A stretch of DNA of 64,000 nucleotides from Longimicrobiales bacterium (GTDB taxonomy: Bacteria > Gemmatimonadota > Gemmatimonadetes > Longimicrobiales > Gaopeijiaceae), in NCBI GenBank assembly GCA_041690395.1, contig JAWLHJ010000004.1, positions 128,001 through 192,000 on the forward strand. Direction: 5' to 3'. This document shows, one piece after another, positions 1 through 9,892 of this stretch (the stretch's first letter is position 1; each line of letters begins with the position of its first letter). The notes under the pieces were generated by a model. That model was not told the DNA's origin. It saw only the letters and a program-made list of their open reading frames with translations, and did not search any database. Both the position numbers and the translations under genes were made by a program.

Positions 1-186
1 TTCGTCCCGGACAGGCAGGCGATCCGAAAATACACGCGCCGCAGGGCACCGACACCCCCGCTCGACTCGCTCGGCGTGCTGGGCGCTCCGAGCCGTGCGT
101 CGTCGGACAAGGGAAAGGCGGTCTTCGAACGGCTGGTGTCCGCCCTGTGCGACACGATCAGCGGCGGCGAAGGGGACGACGGATAG
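1..186 (+). CDS. C-terminal fragment of a probable creatininase-family protein (truncated by window edge)
   Basis: Frame 1 is open to TAG at 184-186; ...LGVLGAPSRASSDKGKAVFERLVSALC resembles the creatininase C-terminal GV.G.P..A...KG motif. Confidence 0.55.
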   Translation, partial: FVPDRQAIRKYTRRRAPTPPLDSLGVLGAPSRASSDKGKAVFERLVSALCDTISGGEGDDG

Positions 187-220
187 AACCGCGAGCCCCC
201 CGGCGGGTATCCTCGTGATC

Positions 221-928
221 ATGCGCATCCATCCCGCACTCCGCCTCCTGGCGCTGTCGATCGTTCTGGCGGTCTCGTCCCCCACCCGGACGGCCCACGC
301 CCAGGGAATCGTCGTCGACGAGGGAAGCTTCCGGATCTCCCTCGCCGGGCGGGAGGTCGGGACCGAGAGCTTCTCCATCCGGCGGGCGGGCATCGGACGA
401 GACGACGCGCTTTTCGCCAACGGCACCATCGAGTTGGGCTCCTCCGTCGACCGCGATGCCATCGACCCACTGCTGCGCGCGACCCCACCGGACGGAGTCG
501 TAGCCGGCTATCAGGTGCGTGTGACCGGGAAGAACGCCCTCGACTTCCAGCTGACCCTGGTCGGGAACCGCTACGTCTCTTTCGCCCGGTCTCCGCTGGG
601 GGACGAGGAGCGCGAATATCCCGCCCGGTCCACGACCCGGATCCTCGAGCAGGACGTCGCCCACCACTACTACTTCCTCAGGGATGCCCGGGAAGGAGAG
701 CGGATTCATATCATCGAGCCGCGCTCGCGGAGCCAGGGAACGCTGACCGTGGATCGTCGCACCGACGACCAGATCCTGCTCGACGGACGACCCACCGAAG
801 CCCGGCGCCTCGAGATGTCGTTCCGCGACCAGGTCCGAACCGTCTGGTACGATCGGCTCGGCCGGGTGCTCCGTGTCGAGATCCCGGCCCTGGGATACGT
901 GGCCGAGCGCGCGGACCTGGTCGGTTGA
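221..928 (+). CDS. Secreted hypothetical protein
   Basis: ATG at 221; signal peptide ending AHA-Q; beta-rich mature part ending VWYDRLGRVLRVEIP. Confidence 0.7.
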   Translation: MRIHPALRLLALSIVLAVSSPTRTAHAQGIVVDEGSFRISLAGREVGTESFSIRRAGIGRDDALFANGTIELGSSVDRDAIDPLLRATPPDGVVAGYQVRVTGKNALDFQLTLVGNRYVSFARSPLGDEEREYPARSTTRILEQDVAHHYYFLRDAREGERIHIIEPRSRSQGTLTVDRRTDDQILLDGRPTEARRLEMSFRDQVRTVWYDRLGRVLRVEIPALGYVAERADLVG

Positions 929-1014
929 GGCCGGTCGACCGCAGTGAAACCGACGCGTCCGTTTCGGCGTACGGTGTATCGGCAACGAGAAGGATACGCG
1001 AAACGAGGGGGGTG

Positions 1015-2511
1015 ATGTTCTCGAGATGGCTGGTCGTGGGGGCCGCATTCCTGGCGCTGAGTCCGTGCCTCGCCGCGCAGGAACAGGTCCCCGAGCGCCT
1101 GACCCTCGAGCACGCGCTCGAGGTCGCTTCCCGCAACAGCCCTGCCTTCCTTCGCGCCCGGAACGACCGGGCGCTGGCCGACTGGGACGTGCGCGAAGCC
1201 TACGGGCGGCTCCTGCCGACGGCCGACGCGAGCAGTCGCGTGAGCTGGCAGGGATCCGGAGAGCAGCAGCTCGGCAGCAGCCTCACGGCGGGCGACCTCG
1301 GCTTCGGTAATCAGCCCTCGTACTACTTCTCCAGCTGGAACGTCGGCGTCAACTACTCGCTCGACTGGGCGACCCTCCGCGGCCCGGCCCGTGCCAAGGC
1401 GGAGAGGGAGGCGACCGCGGCCAGGATCGACGCGTCGGGGTCGGAGCTCGCCGCGCAGGTCACCACGGCCTACGTCGAAGTGCTCCGCAGGAACGAGTTG
1501 CTCGCCACGGCCCGCCAGCAGCTCGAGAACGCCAGGATCAACCTCCGGCTTGCCCAGGGCCAGCTCGAGGTCGGCTCGGTCACTCCGATCGACGTCGGGC
1601 AGGCCGAAGTGCAGGTGGGCCGATCCGAGGTCCAGGTACTCCAGGCCGAGAACGCGGTCGAGACGGCTCGGCTGCGACTCCTCCAACAGATGGGCGTCGG
1701 GGTGAGCCAGCCCTTCGAGCCCGGCACGGAGCTTGTGGCGGCGCCACCCCGATGGGATCTCGATTCGCTACGAGCGCTCGCCCTGGCCGAGAACCCGACG
1801 CTCCGGGCGACGCGGATGGCCCGCGAGTCGGCGGAGCTGGGGGTCAGCTCGGCCTGGTCTTCCTATCTCCCGTCTCTCTCCATTTCCACCGGGTGGGGCG
1901 GGTTCGCGCGTCAAGCGAGTGATGCGGACTTCCTCGTGGCGCAGGCGCAGGCACAGGCCGCGTCCGGGATCTCCCGATGCGTCGCGACGAACGACCTCTA
2001 CCGCCGGCTCGCCGATCCGCTCCCCCCTGTCGACTGCTCGCAGCTCGTCTTCACGGACGAGCAGCGGAGGGCGATCCACGAGGCGAACGACCAGTTCCCG
2101 TTCGGATTCGAGCGCTCCGCGCCGGCAGTCTCCTTCGGCCTGAGCATTCCGATCTTCACCGGCCTCAGCCGCCAGCGGAACCTCGAGGCGGCGAGGATCC
2201 AGCGCGACGACGTCTCGCAGGAGCTCCGGGAGCGGGAGCTGGCGCTGGAAGCGGACCTCAGGATCGCGCTCGCCAACGTGGAGACCGCATTCCAGAGCGC
2301 GTCGCTCGAGGAGCGGAACCGCGACCTGGCCGAACGCCAGCTGACCCTGGCCCGAGAGCGCTACCAGCTCGGGGCCATCACCTTCGTCGAGCTCATGGAC
2401 GCGCAGACCGTGCTGTCGCAGGCGGAGAGCGACCACATCGTCGCCCTGTTCGCGTACCACGATGCCGTCACGGACCTCGAAGCGCTCGTCGGAGCGCCCC
2501 TCAGAGACTGA
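1015..2511 (+). CDS. TolC-family outer membrane efflux protein
   Basis: Signal peptide, LTLEHALEVA start, two OEP-like repeats, ERYQLGAITFVELMDAQ; GAGGGG SD before the start. Confidence 0.9.
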   Translation: MFSRWLVVGAAFLALSPCLAAQEQVPERLTLEHALEVASRNSPAFLRARNDRALADWDVREAYGRLLPTADASSRVSWQGSGEQQLGSSLTAGDLGFGNQPSYYFSSWNVGVNYSLDWATLRGPARAKAEREATAARIDASGSELAAQVTTAYVEVLRRNELLATARQQLENARINLRLAQGQLEVGSVTPIDVGQAEVQVGRSEVQVLQAENAVETARLRLLQQMGVGVSQPFEPGTELVAAPPRWDLDSLRALALAENPTLRATRMARESAELGVSSAWSSYLPSLSISTGWGGFARQASDADFLVAQAQAQAASGISRCVATNDLYRRLADPLPPVDCSQLVFTDEQRRAIHEANDQFPFGFERSAPAVSFGLSIPIFTGLSRQRNLEAARIQRDDVSQELRERELALEADLRIALANVETAFQSASLEERNRDLAERQLTLARERYQLGAITFVELMDAQTVLSQAESDHIVALFAYHDAVTDLEALVGAPLRD

Positions 2512-2526
2512 TCCGGAGTCCACTCC

Positions 2527-3777
2527 ATGCAGCGTCGCTCGAAGATCATCGTCGGAGTGCTCGTCGTAGCGGTCGTGGGCGTGGCGACCGCCACGGCGGT
2601 CGCGCGCAATCGAAACCAGGGTGTCGAGGTGCGGACGGAGGCGATCGCCGAGCGGGACCTCGTCGAGCTCGTCACCGCGTCCGGGAACGTGCGGGCCCGC
2701 AGGACCGTGGAGATGAGCTCCGACGTGTCCGCGAGGGTCTCTCAGCTGCTCGTCCGTGAGGGCGACGAGGTCCGTGTCGGCCAGACGCTCCTCCGCCTCG
2801 AGCCGGACCAGTACCAGGCGGCCCTCTCCCGCGCGGAGGCGCAGCTCGCCCAGGCGCGGTCGCAGGAGTCGCAACAGCGCGCCAACCTCATCCAGGCCGA
2901 GCGCAATCTCGACCGTCTCCTCTCCCTCCGCGCGAGGGACTCGCTGCTGGTCAGCCCTCAGCAGCTCGACGACGCGCGCACCAACGTCGACGTCGCCGAG
3001 GCTTCGCTCGAGTCGGCGTCGCACGGAGTGTCCCAGGCGGAGGCGGCCGTCGCGGAGGCCGCGGACAGGCTCTCGAAGACGGTGTTCACCGCTCCGATGG
3101 CGGGCCGGGTGACCCGGCTCAACGTGGAGGAAGGCGAGACCGTGATCATCGGCACGATGAACAATCCGGGAAGCCTGGTGCTGACGATCTCCGACCTCTC
3201 CGTGATGGAAGCCGTCGTGCGCGTCGACGAGACGGACGTGCCCAGGATCGCGCTCGGCGACAGCGCGAGCGTCCGGATCGACGCCTTCCCCGGTCGGACC
3301 TTCACCGGACGCGTCACGGAGATCGGGAACTCGGCCATCACACCTCCGGCCCAGCAGACCGCGGGACAGCAGGCGGCCATCGACTTCGAGGTCGTGCTGA
3401 CGCTCGACGACACCGACGCGCTCCTCCGGCCAGACCTCTCCGCGACGGCCGAGATCGTGGTCGCGCGGCGTGAGAACGTCCTGGCCGTCCCCATCATCGC
3501 CCTGACCGTACGTGGGTCGGGTACGGAGGAGAGCGACGCCTCCGCCGGCAGGCCGGTGGAGGACGACGTCGAGGGTGTGTTCCTCGCGTCGGGGGGTCGG
3601 GTGCGCTTCACCCCCGTCGAGGTCGGCATAACCGGTCGAGAGCACTTCGAGGTCCTGTCCGGGGTGACGGCTGGCGATACCGTCGTCGCGGGTCCCTACC
3701 AGGCCATTCGGAACCTTCAGGACGACGACCAGATCCGTCCGATGGAGCAGTCGGCCGCGCCCCCGCGGGGCGGGTAG
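2527..3777 (+). CDS. MacA-like periplasmic adaptor (membrane fusion protein)
   Basis: N-terminal TM, lipoyl-like half motifs (VREGDEVRVGQTL; APMAGRVTRLNVEEGE), coiled-coil hairpin, VDETD. Confidence 0.92.
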   Translation: MQRRSKIIVGVLVVAVVGVATATAVARNRNQGVEVRTEAIAERDLVELVTASGNVRARRTVEMSSDVSARVSQLLVREGDEVRVGQTLLRLEPDQYQAALSRAEAQLAQARSQESQQRANLIQAERNLDRLLSLRARDSLLVSPQQLDDARTNVDVAEASLESASHGVSQAEAAVAEAADRLSKTVFTAPMAGRVTRLNVEEGETVIIGTMNNPGSLVLTISDLSVMEAVVRVDETDVPRIALGDSASVRIDAFPGRTFTGRVTEIGNSAITPPAQQTAGQQAAIDFEVVLTLDDTDALLRPDLSATAEIVVARRENVLAVPIIALTVRGSGTEESDASAGRPVEDDVEGVFLASGGRVRFTPVEVGITGREHFEVLSGVTAGDTVVAGPYQAIRNLQDDDQIRPMEQSAAPPRGG

Positions 3778-3783
3778 CCTCGG

Positions 3784-5025
3784 ATGGTCTTCCGGGAAGG
3801 CGTAGCGCTCGCGCTCCTCCAGATCCGCACCCAGAAGCTGAAGAGCTTCTTCAGCCTCCTGGGCGTGATCCTCGGCGTGACGTTCCTCATCCTGGTCGTG
3901 ACGGTGGTGGAGGGGCTGGATCGCTACGTTCGCGAGGACTTCACGTCCCAGGTGTTCGGCATCAACACCGTCACGCTGCGCCGCTGGCAGAGCGTGAACA
4001 TCAACACCGACCCCGAGGAGTGGCGTGCCCGCCAACGGCGGCCTCGCCTCGAGTACGAGGACGCCGACGCGATCCGCGCGGCCCTCACGATCCCCGGACG
4101 GGTCGCCGTCGAAAGCTCCACCAGCGCCGACGCGGTCGGGGACAACGGCCGAACGGCCACCGGTGTCCAGGTCACCGGAGCCTCGCCCGAGATCTTCGAG
4201 ATCCGCGACCTGACCCTGACGCGCGGTCGCGCCTTCACCCCCCAGGAGGCCGCCTCCGGCAGCCCGGTGATGGTGCTCGGCTCCGAGACCGCCGACGTCA
4301 TCTTCGAGACGCTCGACCCGATCGGCCGCTCCGTCCGCATCCGGGGCTTCCCCTACAGGGTGATCGGCGTGCTCGAGGAGCGCGGCTCGCTCTTCGGACA
4401 GTCGCTGGACAACCTCGCCATCGCCCCGGCCCGCTCGCCGGTCCAGTCCATCACGAATCCGCGCGGGGTCGTCGACGAGATCATCATCCAGACCCTCGAC
4501 CCGACGCTCCTGCGCGACGCGCAGCTGGAGATCGAGGGCATCATGCGCGCCCGGCGTGGCCTGCGGCCGACCGAGGAAGCCGACTTCACGCTGGAGACCG
4601 CGGAGCAGGCGATCAGCTTCTGGGACAACATCTCGCGAATCCTCTTCCTGGCGCTCCCCATGCTCGTGTCGATCTCGCTCGTGGTGGGCGGGATCGTGAT
4701 CATGAACATCATGCTGGTCTCGGTCATGGAGCGAACGCGGGAGATCGGCATCCGCAAAGCGCTAGGGGCGCGCCGGCGGGACATCCTGCTCCAGGTCCTC
4801 ATCGAGTCGACGACGCTCGCCACCGTGGGCGCCGCCCTGGGCGTCCTGGCGGGACTCGGCGTGGCGGCAGGCCTGGCGGCTACCACCCCGCTCCCGGCCG
4901 CGGTCGCCCCCCGGTGGATCGCGCTCGGCGTGGGAATGGGCATCACGGTAGGCGTCATCGCGGGCGTCTATCCGGCGGCAAGAGCCTCACGCCTCGATCC
5001 GGTGGACGCGCTCCGGTATGAGTGA
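3784..5025 (+). CDS. MacB/FtsX-like ABC permease (no fused ATPase)
   Basis: KSFFSLLGVILGV, periplasmic domain, GGIVIMNIMLVSVMERTREIGIRKALGA, DPVDALRYE. Confidence 0.92.
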   Translation: MVFREGVALALLQIRTQKLKSFFSLLGVILGVTFLILVVTVVEGLDRYVREDFTSQVFGINTVTLRRWQSVNINTDPEEWRARQRRPRLEYEDADAIRAALTIPGRVAVESSTSADAVGDNGRTATGVQVTGASPEIFEIRDLTLTRGRAFTPQEAASGSPVMVLGSETADVIFETLDPIGRSVRIRGFPYRVIGVLEERGSLFGQSLDNLAIAPARSPVQSITNPRGVVDEIIIQTLDPTLLRDAQLEIEGIMRARRGLRPTEEADFTLETAEQAISFWDNISRILFLALPMLVSISLVVGGIVIMNIMLVSVMERTREIGIRKALGARRRDILLQVLIESTTLATVGAALGVLAGLGVAAGLAATTPLPAAVAPRWIALGVGMGITVGVIAGVYPAARASRLDPVDALRYE

Positions 5026-6307
5026 GGAGCACACGTCGGGCCCGCGACGCCTCACGGCCACCCTCTCCGAGGGCTTCGCCATCGCATGGGAAGCCATCAA
5101 CGGGAACCGGATCCGCTCGTCGCTGACCGTCCTCGGTGTCGCCGTCGGCGTGGCCGTGGTGATGGCCATCGCGGCGCTCATCACGGGAATCCGCTCCAGC
5201 GTCATGGAAGCGTTCGAGTCGGCGGGTCCCGACAACTTCATGGTCACCCGGTTCGACTTCACCGCGGTCCGGATCTCCGACGAGGGCAACAACCGGCCCC
5301 CGTGGTGGAACAAGCCCGAGATCGAAGCCGAGGAGGCGCGGCGGATCGGAACCCTGCCGACGATCGACGAGGCGCTCTACAACTTCGGATTCAACGCGAG
5401 CTTCAACTACGAGGGCCAGGCGGTCCAGAACGTCCAGTCGCAGGCGTATTCGTCGGGCTGGCCGCGGTACCAACCCGGCGACTTCCTGGCGGGCCGTGAC
5501 TTCACGCCGGCTGAGGTAGGCCAGAACCGACCCCTGGTCGTCGTCTCGGCCTCGCTGGCCGAGGACCTTTTCGGGCAGCGTGACCCGATCGGACGGTTCG
5601 TGCGCGTGTCCGCGGGAGGTGGAGGCCACCAGGAGGCGTTCGAGGTGATCGGCGTCTTCGAAGCCGAGGAGAACATCTTCAGCAGCGCCGTCCGGCACTG
5701 GGCGGTCTTCCCCTGGACGGCCGCCGAGCGCCGGCTGCGGGTATCGACATGGCAGGCGCAGATCCTGGTCGTGCCCGAGGACTCCGTGTCGATGGCGCGG
5801 GCGCAGGACGACGTCATCGCCGCCCTGCGGAGCATGCGGAGCCTCGGGCCACGTGACGAGAACGACTTCGCGCTGATCGCGTCGGCGCAGATCGTGAGCC
5901 TGTTCAACCGGCTGACGGCCGTGTTCTTCCTCGTGATCCTCCTCCTCGCCTCCGCGGGCCTGCTCGTCGGCGGTGTCGGCGTGATCGGGATCATGCTGAT
6001 CTCGGTCACCGAGCGCACCCGTGAAATCGGGATCCGGAAGGCGGTGGGCGCCACCCGGCGAGAGATCCTATGGCAGTTCCTGCTCGAAGCGTCGCTTCTC
6101 ACGCTGGCGGGGGCGGCGGTCGGCATGGGCGCGGGATGGTCCGTGGCGTCGGCCGTCGCCGCCTGGACGCCACTGCCCGCGGCCATCCCGCTCTGGGCCG
6201 TCGGCGCGGCGCTGGGCATGGCGGCGGTGAGCGGTATGTTGTTCGGCCTGGTGCCCGCATACCGGGCGAGCCGCATGGACCCCGTGACCGCGCTGAGATT
6301 CGAATGA
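5018..6307 (+). CDS. Second MacB/FtsX-like ABC permease
   Basis: RSSLTVLGVAVGV, ISVTERTREIGIRKAVGA, DPVTALRFE; overlaps previous gene. Confidence 0.92.
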   Translation: MSEEHTSGPRRLTATLSEGFAIAWEAINGNRIRSSLTVLGVAVGVAVVMAIAALITGIRSSVMEAFESAGPDNFMVTRFDFTAVRISDEGNNRPPWWNKPEIEAEEARRIGTLPTIDEALYNFGFNASFNYEGQAVQNVQSQAYSSGWPRYQPGDFLAGRDFTPAEVGQNRPLVVVSASLAEDLFGQRDPIGRFVRVSAGGGGHQEAFEVIGVFEAEENIFSSAVRHWAVFPWTAAERRLRVSTWQAQILVVPEDSVSMARAQDDVIAALRSMRSLGPRDENDFALIASAQIVSLFNRLTAVFFLVILLLASAGLLVGGVGVIGIMLISVTERTREIGIRKAVGATRREILWQFLLEASLLTLAGAAVGMGAGWSVASAVAAWTPLPAAIPLWAVGAALGMAAVSGMLFGLVPAYRASRMDPVTALRFE

Positions 6308-6386
6308 TGAGAAGGGTCCCGGGGCCCCCCTGCGCAGCACGGGTCCGGCCCGCCCCACTTCTTCAGCACCCTTTTAGAGGAACCCG

Positions 6387-7115
6387 ATGACCGAGCCGCT
6401 CGACCTACTCGCCGTGATGGCCCACCCCGACGACGCCGAGCTACTGTGCGGCGGGGTACTCGCGGGAAGCGCGCGACGCGGACTGCGGGTCGGTATCCTC
6501 GACCTGACCGCGGGCGAGATGGGAAGCTCGGGCACGCCCGAGGGCCGGGCCGAGGAAGCGCGGGAGGCCGCGAAGATCCTCGGGGTGGTCGCGCGGCGCT
6601 GCGCCGGACTCCCCGACTCCGCGCTCGAGAACGACAACGAGTCCCGACACGTCGTGGCGGAGCAGCTCCGTGCCCTCCGGCCCGCGGTCGTCGTCACGCA
6701 TTGGAAGCTGGGGCGCCACCGGGATCACCGGATCGCCGCGGAACTCGTGCGCGACGCCTGCTTCCTGAGCGGGCTGCGAAAGCTGGACGTCGGAGGCGAG
6801 CCGTTTCGGCCCCGGAAGATCGTGTACGCGACCGCCTATCGTGAGGACGTGGAGCGGCCGGACTTCGTCGTCGAGGTCGCCGAGGAGGACGTCGAGCGGA
6901 AGCTCGACGCGCTGGCGGCCTACCGATCACAGTTCGAGGGGATCGCGGGGATCGGGGAAGTCTTTCCCGGCGGCGACCGACCGATCTTCGACCAGATTCG
7001 GGCGCACATGGCCCGCTACGGCTCGCTGATACGGGCCCCGTACGGGGAGCCGTTCAAGACCGACGAGGTGCTGCGGGTCGAGGACCTGACCCGGCTCGAC
7101 GTGTCGACGTTCTGA
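6387..7115 (+). CDS. bshB1: PIG-L family deacetylase, BshB1-like (bacillithiol biosynthesis)
   Basis: AHPDDAEL, DLTAGEMGSSGT..R..EA, HRDH, AYRSQF, YGEPF. Confidence 0.75.
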   Translation: MTEPLDLLAVMAHPDDAELLCGGVLAGSARRGLRVGILDLTAGEMGSSGTPEGRAEEAREAAKILGVVARRCAGLPDSALENDNESRHVVAEQLRALRPAVVVTHWKLGRHRDHRIAAELVRDACFLSGLRKLDVGGEPFRPRKIVYATAYREDVERPDFVVEVAEEDVERKLDALAAYRSQFEGIAGIGEVFPGGDRPIFDQIRAHMARYGSLIRAPYGEPFKTDEVLRVEDLTRLDVSTF

Positions 7116-7136
7116 TACGACGGGGGGCGCAGTCGC

Positions 7137-7478
7137 TCAGGCGACCCGGCAGTGGACCTCGACCAACAGGCGCCGCCATGACGGGGCGTCCGTGCCGTGC
7201 ACGCGCACGGCGTGCGCCTCGGCGGATCCGCCTCCGGACATCCAGGGCCAGAGCCAACTCGCAATATCGGGTGGCAGATGTCCGATCGGCTCGCCGGTCG
7301 TCAGGTGCACCCAGACTTCGGGGTGCTCCTGGACCGGGGGATCGGGAACCAAGCGGACGACATCGCCTTCCTTGAGCGCCTCGAAATGTCGCTCACGGTC
7401 GCCGAAGACCGTACCGTGTACTGTGGAGCGGAACGTGGGTGGGTGCCCCTCCGGGAACGGAGGTGGATTCGTCTCCAA
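7137..7478 (-). CDS. Stand-alone HIRAN-like domain protein
   Basis: TTG start with GGAGG SD; STVHGTVF..R....LKEGD.V.L..GEPIGHLP pattern. Confidence 0.65.
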   Translation of the reverse strand: METNPPPFPEGHPPTFRSTVHGTVFGDRERHFEALKEGDVVRLVPDPPVQEHPEVWVHLTTGEPIGHLPPDIASWLWPWMSGGGSAEAHAVRVHGTDAPSWRRLLVEVHCRVA

Positions 7479-7617
7479 GCGTGACGTGGCCTCCCATGGT
7501 GACGGAGCGGACGGTCATCCCATTAAGTTACCAGTCAGTGTCCCGAGTCAGAAGTTCGTTGAGCACCGAGAGCGTCGCGACGCCGCTGCGGCGAGGCGCC
7601 ACAGCAAATCAAGCCAG

Positions 7618-8784
7618 ATGTCGATGAACCCGGTCTATCTCGATCATGCCGCCACGACCCCGGTCCGGCCGGAGGTGCGTGAAGCCATGGCGCCTTTCGC
7701 GGACAGCGTCTTCGGCAACCCGTCCAGCCAGCACCGATGGGGTCGGGAGGCTTCGGCCGCGCTCGAGAATGCCCGTGCCGATGCGGCGGCCGCCCTGGGA
7801 GCGCGCAACGCCGAGGTCTACTTCGTCCGCGGCGGCACTGAAGCGGACAACCTCGCCGTCTGCGGAGCCTGCCGAGCGCTCGCCGCCGCCACCGACGGCG
7901 GGCGTCCCCGCCTCCTCGTGAGCGCGATCGAGCACCACGCCGTGCTCCACGTGGCCGAGAGCATGGCAGAGGCGGGCGAAGCGCAGCTGGAGATCTTCCC
8001 GGTCCGTGAGGACGGCTCGCTGGACCTCGATCCTATCCGGTCGGCGCTCGCAGATGGGCCCGCGCTGGTCTCGTGCATGTGGGTGAACAACGAGACCGGC
8101 ATCGTCCTGCCGGTGGAAGATCTCTCCCGCCTGGCCCTCGAAGCCGACGCGATCCTGCACACCGACGCGGTTCAGGCGGTCGGAAAGCTGCCCGTGGATC
8201 TCGGAGCCGTCGAAGGCATCCACCTGCTGACCGTCTCGGGCCACAAGATCTACGGGCCCAAGGGTACCGGACTGCTCTTCGTGCGCCGCGGCGTGGGACT
8301 CGCGCCGCTGCTCCACGGAGGCGGTCAGGAGCGGAAGCTCAGGCCCGGCACGGAGGACGTGGCCGGCGCGGTCGGCCTCGCGGCGGCGTTGCGGCTCGCG
8401 GTCGACGAGCGGGAGGCCGAGGCAGCGCGGCTGACGGCGTTGCGGGAACGTCTCGAGGCTCGGCTGACGGACGAGCTGGAGGGGGTGGTCGTCGCCGGCG
8501 CGAGTGCGCGACGGGCGCCGCACGTGGCCAATATGGGCTTCGAGGGCATCGACCCGACCATGCTCCTCATCAACCTCGATCTGGAGGGGATCGCGGCCTC
8601 CGGCGCGTCGGCGTGCCAGAGCGGAAGCGGTAAGGGGAGCCACGTCATCGAGGCCCTCTACGGCGCGGCCAACGGTCGCGCGCACGTGCGCTTCTCACTG
8701 GGTCACCTGAGCGACGAGGAGAACGTGTCGCGGGCGGCGGACAAGATCGTCGAGGTCGTACGGCGGCTGAGGGGCGCGGCGTGA
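7618..8784 (+). CDS. iscS: Cysteine desulfurase (IscS/NifS group I)
   Basis: YLDHAATTP, NPSS, NNETG, HTDAVQ, SGHKIYGPKG (PLP Lys), SGASAC catalytic Cys. Confidence 0.93.
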   Translation: MSMNPVYLDHAATTPVRPEVREAMAPFADSVFGNPSSQHRWGREASAALENARADAAAALGARNAEVYFVRGGTEADNLAVCGACRALAAATDGGRPRLLVSAIEHHAVLHVAESMAEAGEAQLEIFPVREDGSLDLDPIRSALADGPALVSCMWVNNETGIVLPVEDLSRLALEADAILHTDAVQAVGKLPVDLGAVEGIHLLTVSGHKIYGPKGTGLLFVRRGVGLAPLLHGGGQERKLRPGTEDVAGAVGLAAALRLAVDEREAEAARLTALRERLEARLTDELEGVVVAGASARRAPHVANMGFEGIDPTMLLINLDLEGIAASGASACQSGSGKGSHVIEALYGAANGRAHVRFSLGHLSDEENVSRAADKIVEVVRRLRGAA

Positions 8785-9869
8785 GCCGGGTGCTCGTCGC
8801 CATGTCCGGCGGCGTGGATTCGTCCGTCGCGGCAGCCCTGCTCGTGGAGGCCGGCCACGAAGTCGTGGGCGTCACCATGAAGACGTTCTGCTATTCGGAG
8901 ACCCCCGATTCCGGGAAGACCTGCTGCGGACTGGACGGCATCGTCGACGCGCGCCGGGTGGCGACCGCCCTCGACATCCCGCATTACGTGTTCGACGTGG
9001 AAGAGGACTTCACCCGCGACGTCATCGACGACTTCGTGCGTGAGTACGCGAGAGGGCGCACGCCGAACCCGTGCGTGCGCTGCAATAGCAACACGAAGTT
9101 CCGCGACCTGCTCAGGCGCGGCGAGGCTCTGGGGTGCGACCGGATCGCGACCGGCCACTACGTGCGCATCGAGCACCACGACGACGGCTCGTCGCTGCTC
9201 CGCGGCCTGGACGGCGGGAAGGACCAGTCGTACTTCCTGTGGGGGCTTCCCCGGGAGATGCTGCCGAAGCTCCTCTTCCCCCTCGGTGATCTCACCAAGC
9301 GGGAAGTGCGGGAGCGGGCCCGGGCGCTCGAGCTCGCCACCGCCGAGAAGCCCGAATCGCAGGAGATCTGCTTCGTGCCTACCGGTGACTACCGGGACCT
9401 CCTGGCGAAGAAGCTGCCGGAGCCGCACCCCGCGCTCCGCCCGGGGCCGATCGTGCGGACGGACGGAACCGTGGTCGGTGAGCACGACGGGTATGCCGGA
9501 TTCACGGTCGGCCAGCGGCGCGGATTGGGCGGCGGCTTCACCGAGCCGCTGTTCGTCCTCGAGGTGCGGCCGACGACACGTGAGGTGGTCGTCGGCACCC
9601 GAGACGAACTCCGCCGGGACCAGGTCGAGGTGGCCGAGCTGAACTGGCTGGCCGACGCGCCGGGGGAAGGAGACAGGGTGGCGGTCCAGATGCGCTACCG
9701 GGCCCCCGCGGTCCCGGCCACGGTCCGTGCACGCGGGGAGGCCCTCGTGCTCGAGCTCGACGAAGGCTACCCGGCCATCACGCCCGGTCAGTCCGCGGTC
9801 GTGTTCGACGGGGCGCGGGTGCTGGGTGGCGGCCGGATCGTCGAAGCGCGGGTAGCCGCGGCGGTCTGA
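8781..9869 (+). CDS. mnmA: tRNA 2-thiouridylase MnmA
   Basis: AMSGGVDSS, TPNPCVRCN, ATGHY, KDQSYFL, ESQEICF, TVGQRRGLG, TPGQ. Confidence 0.96.
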   Translation: MSRVLVAMSGGVDSSVAAALLVEAGHEVVGVTMKTFCYSETPDSGKTCCGLDGIVDARRVATALDIPHYVFDVEEDFTRDVIDDFVREYARGRTPNPCVRCNSNTKFRDLLRRGEALGCDRIATGHYVRIEHHDDGSSLLRGLDGGKDQSYFLWGLPREMLPKLLFPLGDLTKREVRERARALELATAEKPESQEICFVPTGDYRDLLAKKLPEPHPALRPGPIVRTDGTVVGEHDGYAGFTVGQRRGLGGGFTEPLFVLEVRPTTREVVVGTRDELRRDQVEVAELNWLADAPGEGDRVAVQMRYRAPAVPATVRARGEALVLELDEGYPAITPGQSAVVFDGARVLGGGRIVEARVAAAV

Positions 9870-9892
9870 AACCGTCGCGGGAATCCTCGAGC

